64,000 nucleotides of DNA. Origin: a virus. The stretch spans positions 60,361-124,360 of IMG/VR virus record IMGVR_UViG_3300020478_000003. The stretch is one strand, 5' to 3'. Made by a program: the position numbers and the translations under genes. This document shows positions 1 through 9,610 of the stretch, piece by piece. Each line of letters starts with the position of its first letter. Position 1 is the first letter of the stretch. The notes beneath the pieces are model-generated. The model was not told the origin of the DNA. It saw nothing but the letters and a program-made list of their open reading frames with translations, and searched no databases.

Positions 1-2
1 CT

Positions 3-254
3 GATGATGTTGACAAAACTCCTGCTAAAGAATCATACGATGATGAAGAAGATGAGGACGAAGATCCTGTAGGAGAAGACACGGATAAGAGTGAGCCTGG
101 GACACAAGGTGATGATAAAGAATATGCAAAGAAACGTGATGCTGTTCTAAAGAAGTTTGGTGTAACCAGTTGTGCTATGATTAAAGATGAAGCGGAAAAG
201 AAAGCCTGTTTTAAAGCACTAGATGATGCTCACGTTGCAGATCACGAGGAGTAA
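3..254 (+). CDS. 3' end of an acidic head-region protein (partial, runs off the window start)
   Basis: Open frame from nt 3 (DDVDKTPAKESYDDEEDEDED...DHEE) to TAA at 252-254, directly upstream of the next ATG; lies in the prohead core gene region. Confidence 0.6.
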   Translation, partial: DDVDKTPAKESYDDEEDEDEDPVGEDTDKSEPGTQGDDKEYAKKRDAVLKKFGVTSCAMIKDEAEKKACFKALDDAHVADHEE

Positions 255-256
255 AA

Positions 257-832
257 ATGAGTCTGATTAAATTCGGAGATTATCTAGACGAACTATTAAA
301 TGCTCCTATTATTGAAACATTAGGAGAAGATGAAGTAATTGTCGAGTGGGCAGAAGAAGATTGGAATAAATTTACTGTTGCCGAAAAACTTGAACTGGAG
401 ACTGAAGCTAATGGTTGGTCAATGTGGCAAATTGGATCTATTGAAGATCCAGGCAAATCGGGGATGTACATTGTTGCAGAAGATGAGCATATCTGGGAAT
501 ATATTCATCAATTAGAAGAAGCAACCTGTGATGCGTGTGGAGAAGATCCGTGTATATGTAATAAAACTGAAGCAGATATAAATGCGGAAGAATGGCTTAA
601 GGAATACAAAGCTAGAACTACTCAACAACGCAGACAAACGCAGAAAAATAAAGATCGGTTAAAATTTCAAAATCGTAGTCAGAAATTAAAAGATAAAATT
701 GAGCGTAAAAAAGGCGGCAATAAAGTCAAACGTATGAAATTAAGAAAAAAGTGGTTGAAAGTTAACCGTGCTAAAATCGCTAATGCTCAAAAAGTATATG
801 GCGGGAAAGTCAAATCGAAATATACAAAATAG
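257..832 (+). CDS. Putative prohead core protein (gp68-like position)
   Basis: Immediately upstream of gp21; acidic N-half, very basic C-terminus; N-terminus IKFGDYLDE resembles a capsid-targeting motif. Confidence 0.55.
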   Translation: MSLIKFGDYLDELLNAPIIETLGEDEVIVEWAEEDWNKFTVAEKLELETEANGWSMWQIGSIEDPGKSGMYIVAEDEHIWEYIHQLEEATCDACGEDPCICNKTEADINAEEWLKEYKARTTQQRRQTQKNKDRLKFQNRSQKLKDKIERKKGGNKVKRMKLRKKWLKVNRAKIANAQKVYGGKVKSKYTK

Positions 833-839
833 GAGTTAA

Positions 840-1481
840 ATGAGATTAATATCGGAAATTACCGAAAATGTAGAGTATATTCAAGAAGCTAACGGAAAGG
901 ATCTCTATATAGAGGGTGTTTTCTTGCAGGCGGACGTAAAAAATCGCAATGGCAGAATGTATCCTAGCAAAGTTATGGAGAAAGAAGTCAAGCGATATAC
1001 AAAAGAATATATTGATAAGAAACGAGCGTTTGGTGAACTAGGACATCCTGAGGGACCAACTGTCAATTTAGATAGAGTTTCGCATATGATTACTGAATTG
1101 ACTCAAGATGGAACAAATTGGAGAGGAAAAGCTAAAGTAACTGATACTCCACACGGAAATATCGTTAAAAGCCTTATCAAAGAGGGAGCCCAACTTGGAG
1201 TCTCTTCTCGTGGTATGGGTTCGCTTAAAGCGAATAAAAAAGGATATCAAGAAGTGCAAGATGATTTCTATCTTGCTACAGCCGCGGATATTGTCGCGGA
1301 CCCATCTGCTCCTGATGCTTTCGTAAATGGTGTTATGGAAGGAAAAGAGTGGGTATGGGATAATGGAGCAATCAAAGAAAAAGAGATTGCAAAGTATAAT
1401 AAAATAATCAAAAAGACGCCGAAAAATCGATTAACATCGATTGAAGCAACAATTTTTGAAGATTTTATGAATAAGTTGTAG
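840..1481 (+). CDS. gp21: Prohead core protease gp21
   Basis: IEGVFLQ, NRNGRMYP, GELGHP, GVSSRGMGSL and DIVADPSAPDAFV motifs typical of T4 gp21. Confidence 0.97.
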   Translation: MRLISEITENVEYIQEANGKDLYIEGVFLQADVKNRNGRMYPSKVMEKEVKRYTKEYIDKKRAFGELGHPEGPTVNLDRVSHMITELTQDGTNWRGKAKVTDTPHGNIVKSLIKEGAQLGVSSRGMGSLKANKKGYQEVQDDFYLATAADIVADPSAPDAFVNGVMEGKEWVWDNGAIKEKEIAKYNKIIKKTPKNRLTSIEATIFEDFMNKL

Positions 1482-1521
1482 TAAAATGGAGACATATTGC
1501 TACGGTTAAACTAATTAGTTT

Positions 1522-1529
1522 TATAAATA
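1522..1529 (+). promoter_or_regulatory. T4-type late promoter (gp55-dependent)
   Basis: TATAAATA ~60 nt upstream of gp22. Confidence 0.85.
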
Positions 1530-1589
1530 TAGTTACATAATCGATTAGAACTAATTTATAGATTAATCAATAGGATTAGGAGAACCCTG

Positions 1590-2717
1590 ATGAAGTTAAA
1601 AACAGAAACTGGCGAAATGTTGGTTTTGGACGAAGAAACCCAAGTCTGGAAAGGCGAGGAAGAAGAGTCCACAACTTCTATTACGGTGTCAGAGGCTGAT
1701 GAACTTTTAGAGAAGGGTGACCTGGAAATGGTTGCTGACTCATCTGAAATTGAAACTGCCGAAGAATCTCTTGAAGAAGCCGGAGAACCCAAAGGTAAAC
1801 CGCTAAAGAAGAAAAAAATAGCGGTAGCTGGTTCAGGCGAAGTCGAAGTCCACGAAGATGATGACGAGGACGAAGATGACGAAGCTGATGGGGACGAGGC
1901 GGACGAAGATGACGATGACGAAGTAGAAGAAACCAAAGCAAAATCTGCCAAAAAAGAAGAAGTGGAATTGGAAGTTGATGTTGATGTTGAAGACGATGTT
2001 AAGGCATTGTTTGATGGTCAAGATTTGACAGAAGATTTTAAGGCACGAACAAAACTCGTTTTTGAGACTGCGGTTAAAGCTAAGGTTAAGGAGAATATTG
2101 CATCTCTTGAAGAAAAGATGCAAGAACAACTTGCCGAACAGACAGCCGCACAACTTGCCGATATTACAGAGAAATTAGATGGTTATCTAGACTATATGAT
2201 TTCCGAGTGGATCGAAGATAATAGCAAGGCTATCGAACACGAGCAGAAAAACGAAATTCTAGAAGGTTTCGTTAGTGGAATGCAGAAGTTGTTTGCTGAC
2301 CATTACATTGAAGTTCCAGATGAACGATACAATGTAGTTGATGAGCAAGCTAAAGAGATTGAAACTCTTAAAGAACAACTGGACGCTGAAATGAATAAAA
2401 ACGTTGAAGCAAAAGGTAAACTTGCTGAAGCATCCGCTGAAAAGATTTTCAGAGAAGTAACAGAAGATTTGACTGAAACACAAAAAGCTAAGATGAAAAG
2501 TCTCGCAGATGGTGTGGAATTTGAAGATGCTGAGACCTTTGCTGAAAAACTCAACACTCTGAAGAAAACTTATTTTCCTTCAGAGGCAGAGAAAGAAGAA
2601 GTTGTTGCAGAAGAGGGTGCTAATGGTACTTCCTCGGAGGTAGTGATGTCTGATGCAATGAAAAAGGTTATGGCTTCACTTTCACAAACACGGGAAACAA
2701 GCATCTTAGGTGCTTAA
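1590..2717 (+). CDS. gp22: Prohead core scaffold protein gp22
   Basis: Acidic coiled coil between gp21 and gp23; LTEDFK..FETAV and LDGYLDY...EW motifs. Confidence 0.93.
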   Translation: MKLKTETGEMLVLDEETQVWKGEEEESTTSITVSEADELLEKGDLEMVADSSEIETAEESLEEAGEPKGKPLKKKKIAVAGSGEVEVHEDDDEDEDDEADGDEADEDDDDEVEETKAKSAKKEEVELEVDVDVEDDVKALFDGQDLTEDFKARTKLVFETAVKAKVKENIASLEEKMQEQLAEQTAAQLADITEKLDGYLDYMISEWIEDNSKAIEHEQKNEILEGFVSGMQKLFADHYIEVPDERYNVVDEQAKEIETLKEQLDAEMNKNVEAKGKLAEASAEKIFREVTEDLTETQKAKMKSLADGVEFEDAETFAEKLNTLKKTYFPSEAEKEEVVAEEGANGTSSEVVMSDAMKKVMASLSQTRETSILGA

Positions 2718-2750
2718 CATCATTTATCAAACTACTAGGAGAAACTGAAA

Positions 2751-3953
2751 ATGTTTTTATCAGAAGAAATTAAAGATAAGTGGCAGCCAGTTATGGAGCA
2801 CGAAGATCTCCCAAAGATCGATGATGCTACCAAACGTGCGATAACACTTCGTCTTTTAGAAAATCAAGAAAAGGCTTTGCAAGAAGCCAACGTTACAGGT
2901 GCTAACGTAGACAATTGGGATCCAATTCTCATTTCGTTGGTACGTAGAACTATGCCTCAGTTAATGGCGTATGATACTATTGGAGTCCAGCCTATGTCCG
3001 GACCTACTGGTCTCATTTTCGCTATGAAATCACACTATACTGGCGAAGCCAGCACAGGTGCTGAAGCATTAACAACTGCCGCTGGTCAACCCGATGTCGA
3101 TTTCTCAGGGAATGACGGTGCAACTCCAGCCACTACTACTTACACTACGTCCGACGGCGAAGCGTTAGGTGGATTTGTTTCAGGTGGAGGAGACTTCAAA
3201 GAAATGTCTTTCTCAATCGAGAAGTCGAGCGTTACAGCCGCTACTCGTGCGTTGAAAGCTAAGTATTCTTTGGAACTTGCTCAAGACCTTAAGGCTATCC
3301 ATGGATTGGATGCTGAGTCAGAATTAAGCAACATTTTGTCTGCTGAAATTCTTGCTGAGATCAATCGTGAAGTTATCGAGAAAATTCTTTCTCAAGCGAC
3401 TGCAGGAGCAGCCGCTGGAACAACTACTGCCGGAACATTTGACGTTGCAGATTCCACTGATAACAGAGGAGCACGTTGGGGTGGTGAGCGTTACAAGTCA
3501 CTATTGATTCAAATCAACCGTGAAGCTAACTTAATTGCTAAGAATACCGGCCGTGGTGCTGGTAACTGGTTGCTTGTAAGTCCAGATGTTGCATCTGCAC
3601 TTGATATGGTTGCCGGATTAGCAGTTCCTAATATGGATGTTGGATCAGGAAATCCAATAGACCAGTCGAAAAGCGTTTTCGCTGGTACTCTCGGTGGAAA
3701 ATACAAAGTTTTCATTGACCAATTTGCTTCCAGCGATAGTGTAACTGTCGGATATAAGGGATCAAATATGTACGATGCAGGGCTTTTCTACTGTCCATAC
3801 GTACCGCTTCAATTGATGAAATCAATTGGTGAGGAAGACTTTCAGCCACGTTTGGGATTCAAGACTCGTTACGGTCTTACTCATAACCCATTCGCTTCTG
3901 GAAGTGATGCGGCTAATCCGTACTTCCGAAAGTTTACTGTTGCAAATCTGTAA
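2751..3953 (+). CDS. gp23: Major capsid protein gp23
   Basis: LISLVRR, GVQPMSGPTGLIFAM, RALKAKYSLELAQDLKAIHGLDAE, FYCPYVPL and FQPRLGFKTRYG motifs. Confidence 0.99.
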   Translation: MFLSEEIKDKWQPVMEHEDLPKIDDATKRAITLRLLENQEKALQEANVTGANVDNWDPILISLVRRTMPQLMAYDTIGVQPMSGPTGLIFAMKSHYTGEASTGAEALTTAAGQPDVDFSGNDGATPATTTYTTSDGEALGGFVSGGGDFKEMSFSIEKSSVTAATRALKAKYSLELAQDLKAIHGLDAESELSNILSAEILAEINREVIEKILSQATAGAAAGTTTAGTFDVADSTDNRGARWGGERYKSLLIQINREANLIAKNTGRGAGNWLLVSPDVASALDMVAGLAVPNMDVGSGNPIDQSKSVFAGTLGGKYKVFIDQFASSDSVTVGYKGSNMYDAGLFYCPYVPLQLMKSIGEEDFQPRLGFKTRYGLTHNPFASGSDAANPYFRKFTVANL

Positions 3954-4014
3954 TAGTAAATAGTTGTAAACAACAACCGTTTACCCATTCCTGTATGGTG
4001 GGTAACTTATTCTA

Positions 4015-4049
4015 AGCCCCGTTATCTTAATAAGATGCGGGGCTTTTTA
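4015..4049 (+). terminator. Rho-independent terminator after gp23
   Basis: AGCCCCG...CGGGGCT stem followed by a T tract; a second hairpin (TTACCCA...TGGGTAA) lies at 3981-4005. Confidence 0.8.
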
Positions 4050-4065
4050 TATTGTAGTGAAGTGA

Positions 4066-4073
4066 TATAAATA
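4066..4073 (+). promoter_or_regulatory. T4-type late promoter
   Basis: TATAAATA just upstream of the gp3 ATG (near-leaderless mRNA). Confidence 0.8.
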
Positions 4074-4078
4074 ATAGT

Positions 4079-4588
4079 ATGGCACAACAAGAACGACTAT
4101 CCCCAGGGAAAATTAATTTAGCCAAGTCAACGAACTATAGGCTAAACATACATATGTTACCAAACGTACAGTTTTGGTTAACTACGTGTAATCTTCCTAC
4201 CTTTTCCGTAAATGAGGTTCCGATTCCTGATCCTGTTCACGGATATAGATATAAACCAACGAATACTTCAACAATAGCTCCAATGACAGTCACATTCCTT
4301 GTGGATGAAGACTATCGAAATTATATGGAAATTTTAGATTTAATGTACAAGGCGGCTGGACCAGATATGTCTAAAAGATATAAAGAAGGAGATGTCACGG
4401 CTTCAGACGGAAGTATACACGTTCTGTCTAATAACAAAAATATTTCTGATGTAGTATTCACATTTCACAATCTTTTTCCTACTATTCTAGGAGAACTCCA
4501 GATGACCAACGAATCAGCAGAACCGTTGCTCACGGATTTAACAATGCAATATGATTATATGACATATCAGAGCGGAACTCCTCTCTAA
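4079..4588 (+). CDS. gp3: Tail completion / sheath stabiliser gp3-like
   Basis: Synteny gp23-gp3-uvsY-uvsW; FLVDEDYRNYMEI and FHNLFPTILGEL motifs. Confidence 0.8.
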   Translation: MAQQERLSPGKINLAKSTNYRLNIHMLPNVQFWLTTCNLPTFSVNEVPIPDPVHGYRYKPTNTSTIAPMTVTFLVDEDYRNYMEILDLMYKAAGPDMSKRYKEGDVTASDGSIHVLSNNKNISDVVFTFHNLFPTILGELQMTNESAEPLLTDLTMQYDYMTYQSGTPL

Positions 4589-4595
4589 AAAAGAC

Positions 4596-4624
4596 TTGAC
4601 ATTTGAATTGAAGTAGTTTATAAT
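4596..4624 (+). promoter_or_regulatory. sigma70-type early promoter
   Basis: TTGACA-17 nt-TATAAT upstream of uvsY. Confidence 0.9.
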
Positions 4625-4632
4625 GGTTCACT

Positions 4633-5040
4633 ATGAAAATTGAAGAACTAGAAAAATTAGTAGAAAAAGACCTCTATATTGACGAAACAATCCTCGCCAA
4701 AGAGTCTCTTTTAACTCCTACCAAGCACAATAAGTATCTAAAGATGCTATTGAGGGAACGATTGAAGTTAAAGCAACTTCAAAATGAACTCAATAAAGTA
4801 TCTCTAGGTAGGACTTGTTATTATAATGGTTCAGATCCTGATCCTTATGAATATGTCCTCAAAGATCGAGAGGTCAAAGACTATGTTAAGGTAGATCCAG
4901 TTGTGATGGAAGCAGAAGCAAAGGTGGCTTTGCAAGACGAAACAGTTAAATATCTTGAAGAAGTCTGTAAAATGTTTGACAAACGTGGATTTGCTATAAA
5001 GAATGCAATCGACTTTATGAAATTTACCGAAGGCGGATGA
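4633..5040 (+). CDS. uvsY: Recombination mediator UvsY
   Basis: ESLLTPTKHNKYL and RGFAIKNAIDFMKF motifs; synteny. Confidence 0.92.
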   Translation: MKIEELEKLVEKDLYIDETILAKESLLTPTKHNKYLKMLLRERLKLKQLQNELNKVSLGRTCYYNGSDPDPYEYVLKDREVKDYVKVDPVVMEAEAKVALQDETVKYLEEVCKMFDKRGFAIKNAIDFMKFTEGG

Positions 5041-5426
5041 GAGAATACTTAAAGAATTATTATGATGCTCCTTGGTCTGATAATAATATAGTCCACGAAA
5101 CCGAAGATATAGTAGTATACAAAGATGGATTTCCTGTCACAGAAGGTCATCTTTTATTTGTACCTAAAAAAGTTGAGCAAAGAAAAGACATTACACGTTG
5201 TTTTGAAATGGCTTATGAATGGGGTGTAAAAGGTATAATGGATTATAAATGGACAGCATTTAACTTGGGTATTAATAATGGAGAAGATGCTGGACAGACA
5301 GTAATGTGGACACACGTACATTTGATTCCACGAAGGAAAGGTGATCTAGGATCTTTTGAAAATGGTACTCCTTATGATCCCGCTGGCGGAATTAGAAATA
5401 TAATTCCAGGAAAGGGAAAATATTGA
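5037..5426 (+). CDS. HIT-family nucleotide hydrolase
   Basis: FPVTEGHLLFVPK and GQTVMWTHVHLIPR (histidine-triad region). Confidence 0.9.
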   Translation: MREYLKNYYDAPWSDNNIVHETEDIVVYKDGFPVTEGHLLFVPKKVEQRKDITRCFEMAYEWGVKGIMDYKWTAFNLGINNGEDAGQTVMWTHVHLIPRRKGDLGSFENGTPYDPAGGIRNIIPGKGKY

Positions 5427-6901
5427 AAGATATCATTGTACATAAAAAGGATGATGTATATTTGAATATTGAATGTGAGGCTGGAATAGCCCACGATTTA
5501 TCAGATTTCTTCACCTTTAGAGTCCCGGGCTATAGATTTATGCCAGCATATCGAAATCGAGCGTGGGATGGAAAAATAAGACTGTTTAATGCGTTTGGTG
5601 GTGAATTATATGTAGGATTATTGCCATACGTGGTCGAATTCGCGGAGAGAAGATCATTAATACTTGAATATCCCACCTTGGTGCCTACTATCACGGATGA
5701 GGAAAATGTCAAGTTTTTTCGTGATTTAGACCCATATGTGGATGGTAAGAGCATAACTCCCTATGATTATCAGATGGATACCGTATTTTATGGTATCAAT
5801 CATAAAAGGGCTTTAATGCTCTCGCCCACCAGTTCGGGTAAGTCATTAATGATCTATGCTTTAGTGGTTTGGTTACTGAAAACTATCGATAGAAAAATAT
5901 TAATAATCGTGCCGACCACTTCGCTGGTTGAACAGTTATATAAGGACTTTGAAGATTATACTACGGGATCATCTTGTGGCTATAACGCTGACCAGACTCA
6001 CAGGATATACGCTGGAAAAGATAAAGATACGGATTGTCCTATTGTAATTACTACGTGGCAATCTATATACAAACTGAAAAAGGATTGGTTTAAACAATTC
6101 GGTGCTGTAATCGGAGACGAAGCACATAATTTTAAAGCCAAATCACTTACTTCCATTCTGACCAAAATGACAGATTGTGAGTATAAATTTGGGTTTACGG
6201 GTACTCTAGACGGTACCCAAACACACAAGTTGGTCCTTGAAGGACTCTTTGGTCCTGTACATAATGTTACGACAAGTAAAGAGTTGATGGATGCTGATTT
6301 GATTGCTCAATTGCATATTGAAGCAATCACTTTGGGATATACAGACGAAGAAAAGAAACTTGTGAAAGGGATGTTATATGCGGATGAAATCGACTGGCTA
6401 GTAAAGTGTCAGAAAAGAAACGAATTTATCTGTACTCTAGCATTAACCAGGGATTCAAATACCCTAATTCTCTATCAATTTGTACAAAAGCACGGTGAAA
6501 AACTGTTTAAATATTTGAAAGAGAAAAGTCCAGACAGACCGGTGTTCTTTGTATCAGGTGAAATCAAGACGGAAGTCAGAGAGGAGATACGTGCAATTAC
6601 GGAAAAATCTGAAAATGCTATCATCGTGGCTAGTTACGGCACTTTTTCGACTGGTATTAATATTAGAAATCTTCATAATATTATTTTTAGCCACCCTGTC
6701 AAGTCTCGCATTAGAAACTTGCAGAGTGTTGGGCGAGGTCTACGAAAATGCGACAACAAAAGCAAAGCAACTCTTTTCGACATAAGCGATGATTTGAGTT
6801 GGAAAAAGCATAAAAATTATTCTCTCCGCCATTTTTTGGAGCGAGTGAAAATATACAATAGTGAAAAATTTGATTACAAACTAAGGAAAATACGATTATG
6901 A
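5423..6901 (+). CDS. uvsW: SF2 DNA/RNA helicase UvsW
   Basis: Walker A SPTSSGKS, DEAH box, QSVGRGLR; WDGKIRLF N-terminal motif; TTG start. Confidence 0.96.
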   Translation: MKDIIVHKKDDVYLNIECEAGIAHDLSDFFTFRVPGYRFMPAYRNRAWDGKIRLFNAFGGELYVGLLPYVVEFAERRSLILEYPTLVPTITDEENVKFFRDLDPYVDGKSITPYDYQMDTVFYGINHKRALMLSPTSSGKSLMIYALVVWLLKTIDRKILIIVPTTSLVEQLYKDFEDYTTGSSCGYNADQTHRIYAGKDKDTDCPIVITTWQSIYKLKKDWFKQFGAVIGDEAHNFKAKSLTSILTKMTDCEYKFGFTGTLDGTQTHKLVLEGLFGPVHNVTTSKELMDADLIAQLHIEAITLGYTDEEKKLVKGMLYADEIDWLVKCQKRNEFICTLALTRDSNTLILYQFVQKHGEKLFKYLKEKSPDRPVFFVSGEIKTEVREEIRAITEKSENAIIVASYGTFSTGINIRNLHNIIFSHPVKSRIRNLQSVGRGLRKCDNKSKATLFDISDDLSWKKHKNYSLRHFLERVKIYNSEKFDYKLRKIRL

Positions 6902-7215
6902 GCCAAGAATATCCATATAAAGGATCTGTTCATCTTAAACATACGGGACACGAATTGATCTGCGATGTTATCAAGGAAACTTCTGCGGGAGTATTACACA
7001 TCAAAAATCCCTGCACTCTCCAGACAGTAGTTACAGGAGATGGATCTAGTCAGATGGCTATGGTTCCATATCTGGTAACAGCCAAAGTGGATGAAGTAGG
7101 TATAAAATTGACGGATGTCCTTTTTGTTACTGAATGTAGAACGGATGTAGCTGAACAACATACCCAAATGTTCAGTTCTGTCATTCTTCCAAAAGCTGGA
7201 GGATTTGAAATTTAA
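6898..7215 (+). CDS. Conserved T4-like hypothetical protein downstream of uvsW
   Basis: Overlapping start/stop with uvsW; size and position typical of marine T4-like phages. Confidence 0.7.
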   Translation: MSQEYPYKGSVHLKHTGHELICDVIKETSAGVLHIKNPCTLQTVVTGDGSSQMAMVPYLVTAKVDEVGIKLTDVLFVTECRTDVAEQHTQMFSSVILPKAGGFEI

Positions 7216-7237
7216 CTTAATTAATGAAAGGAATACC

Positions 7238-7393
7238 ATGGATGCGTGTATGACATTAGCAAATGAATTAATATCTATATCCTCCACCCATATGATCATC
7301 GGAGGAATTATCTTTTCGGGAATGTCATTTTGTTTAGGAGTTATTTTTGAAAAATCCTTTCAGGAAGAACTTGACAATAAAGCAAAAGTTTAG
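7238..7393 (+). CDS. Small membrane protein
   Basis: ATG at 7238 after AAGGA; one hydrophobic segment; C-terminus overlaps a promoter. Confidence 0.55.
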   Translation: MDACMTLANELISISSTHMIIGGIIFSGMSFCLGVIFEKSFQEELDNKAKV

Positions 7394-7399
7394 TATAAT
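7371..7399 (+). promoter_or_regulatory. sigma70-type promoter driving the non-coding structured region
   Basis: TTGACA-17 nt-TATAAT; no sizeable ORF for ~530 nt downstream. Confidence 0.9.
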
Positions 7400-7405
7400 A
7401 TAAAA

Positions 7406-7685
7406 ATTTGCATCAATGTTCGCCGTGGGACGAGACACGGATTCCACCTAGATCAGAACCTAGGTAAGTAGCCTTTGGTGAAGTGAGCAGACTATAATAC
7501 TCGACAAACGGAGTTGAGGTCTGTGTATTGATGTGCCGATGCAAGCACTAAATATACGTAAAAATCGGGTCGGGACTCACCACATAATGGTATTGTCCAC
7601 TAGAGACTTGTGAATCGACACAAGCGAGGCTATCAGGAACCGTAACCTGGCTCTATAAGCTAGGATGTATCTTTTTACCGACTGT
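7406..7685 (+). ncRNA. Putative structured non-coding RNA (family unassigned)
   Basis: Dedicated promoter; GC-richer than flanks; stems CATCAATG/TATTGATG, CCGTG/CACGG, ACCTAG/CTAGGT, CAGAC/GTCTG, CTTGTG/CACAAG, TAGAG/CTCTA, GTAAAAA/TTTTTAC. Confidence 0.6.
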
Positions 7686-7717
7686 ATAAATTCTCTTTAA
7701 ATAAAGACTTTAAAAAA

Positions 7718-7834
7718 TGAAATTGCGAAAGGGCGAAGCCCTTGAGCATCCTGTTTCGAGCAAAGCGAGAAACAGGACTTAGATGTAACTTTTGACTCTC
7801 GGACCTACGGTCCTCGAGAGGCTTCGCCATTTCA
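7718..7834. other. Cluster of tight hairpins (possible origin, cruciform or terminator element)
   Basis: AAGGGCGAAGCCCTT, TCCTGTTTC...GAAACAGGA, GGACCTACGGTCC and GGCTTCGCC, enclosed by TGAAAT/ATTTCA. Confidence 0.55.
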
Positions 7835-7861
7835 GGTTATATAGATATTTACATAAAAGAC

Positions 7862-7890
7862 TTGACTTATTGAATTTAAAAGAGTATAAT
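7862..7890 (+). promoter_or_regulatory. sigma70-type promoter for gp55
   Basis: TTGACT-17 nt-TATAAT. Confidence 0.85.
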
Positions 7891-7932
7891 TAGAAGATAT
7901 ATTGTACTTAATATAATTTTGAAAAATATACT

Positions 7933-8553
7933 ATGGCTAAGAATGATCAAAAAGAACCAGTTGATTTAGATAACCCAACTCACTACATCAATAATAAGGA
8001 TTTTTTACAGGCTCTTATAGATTATCAAAAAGAGATCAAAGAAGCCAAGAAAGCTGGTAAATCAAAACCTTATGTTAGTGATTACATTGCTATGTGTTTC
8101 CTACAGATAGCACAAAGACTTTCCTATAGACCAAACTTTATAAACTACACGTATAAAGATGATATGATATCAGACGGTCTAGAAAATTGTCTGGCTTATA
8201 TGCACAATTTCAATCCTTCGAAGAGCAAAAATCCTTTTGCTTATTTTACACAAATAATATACTACGCATTTTTACGAAGAATCCAGAAGGAGAAGAAACA
8301 ACAATATATTAAGTATAAAGTATATTCCGAACATCAACAGGAGATTGAAGATGAACACGAAAAACTTTCTCCCGATTTCATCAATGAAAAGGGATCTGCC
8401 GATTTTCATATTCATATAAAAGAGTTTATAGACGAAATGGAACGAAAAGAGAAAGAGAAGAAACAGAAACGAGAACAGAAGAAAGCCGAGAGGGAAAGAA
8501 AAATACAAATAGAATCTACTCCTGAAAACAATCTTGAATTCTGGATGCAATGA
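7933..8553 (+). CDS. gp55: Late-transcription sigma factor gp55
   Basis: HYINNKDFL, RPNFINYTYKDDMISDG and NPFAYFTQIIYYAFLRRIQKEKKQ motifs. Confidence 0.97.
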   Translation: MAKNDQKEPVDLDNPTHYINNKDFLQALIDYQKEIKEAKKAGKSKPYVSDYIAMCFLQIAQRLSYRPNFINYTYKDDMISDGLENCLAYMHNFNPSKSKNPFAYFTQIIYYAFLRRIQKEKKQQYIKYKVYSEHQQEIEDEHEKLSPDFINEKGSADFHIHIKEFIDEMERKEKEKKQKREQKKAERERKIQIESTPENNLEFWMQ

Positions 8554-9602
8554 AAGTAGCAGTTATTACAGATACACATTTCGGTGCAAGATCAGATAGT
8601 CAAGCATTCTCTGATTATTTCTATAGGTTTTGGACGAATACTTTTTTCCCGTATTTGAAAGAACACGACATAAAAACGATTATCCATTCGGGAGATTTGA
8701 TGGATAGACGAAAATATGTCAATTATGATACCCTAGATCGGATGAGAAAAGAGTTTATTGGACCGATGATTGAAGACAAAATTGTGATGCACACAATTGT
8801 CGGAAATCACGATACGTATTTTAAGAATCACGCTCGGCTGAATTCAGTCGAACAGTTATTTGATATAGACGGAATTCCTGATAATGACACATTTCATACA
8901 CCAGTTATCGGTTATTCTGAACCCACAGAACTAACATTACCAGACGGATATAAAGTAGATTTGATACCTTGGATTGCTTCAGAAAATGAAGAGCAAATTC
9001 TTGATTTCATCAAAAAATCTAAGAATCAAATATGTTTTGGACATTTTGATCTATCGGGATTTGAAATGATGAAAGGGGTAAAATCTATGTATCATTCAAG
9101 AAGTCCAGAATTCCTTAATAAATATGATACTGTATACTCTGGACATTTCCACACAAAATCAGACAATGGACACATTTATTATCTCGGTAATACGTATGAG
9201 ATTACTTGGGCTGATTATAACGACCAAAGAGGGTTTCATATTTTCGATACTGAAACTCTAGAATGTGATTTTATACCAAATCCGTATAAAATGCACAGTA
9301 AGATTATCTATGAGGATAAGCCAATCGATGTCGAGCCATATGCTGACCAGATTGTCAAGATCATCGTGGATAAGAAAGAAGATATTGAACTATTCACTAA
9401 TACTGTGGACGCATTGGAAAAACGGTGTGAAATGATCAATATCATTGAAGACCACGGTCTATTATCTTCTGGTCAAATTGAATTTGAATCAGAAGATACC
9501 ATCACCACGTTGGAAAAATACGTGGATAATTTGAGTATAGATAATACTAAACAAGTGAAAAAGATACTCCACGAAGTGTATGTGGAAGCATTATCAATAT
9601 AG
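8550..9602 (+). CDS. gp47: Recombination endonuclease subunit gp47 (Mre11/SbcD-like)
   Basis: Metallophosphoesterase motifs DTHFG, GDLMD, GNHD and SGHFH. Confidence 0.96.
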   Translation: MKVAVITDTHFGARSDSQAFSDYFYRFWTNTFFPYLKEHDIKTIIHSGDLMDRRKYVNYDTLDRMRKEFIGPMIEDKIVMHTIVGNHDTYFKNHARLNSVEQLFDIDGIPDNDTFHTPVIGYSEPTELTLPDGYKVDLIPWIASENEEQILDFIKKSKNQICFGHFDLSGFEMMKGVKSMYHSRSPEFLNKYDTVYSGHFHTKSDNGHIYYLGNTYEITWADYNDQRGFHIFDTETLECDFIPNPYKMHSKIIYEDKPIDVEPYADQIVKIIVDKKEDIELFTNTVDALEKRCEMINIIEDHGLLSSGQIEFESEDTITTLEKYVDNLSIDNTKQVKKILHEVYVEALSI

Positions 9603-9610
9603 GAGATATT

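Noticed and set aside
1830-1935. GAC/GAT/GAA-rich low-complexity tract
   Set aside because: It simply encodes the acidic linker of scaffold gp22
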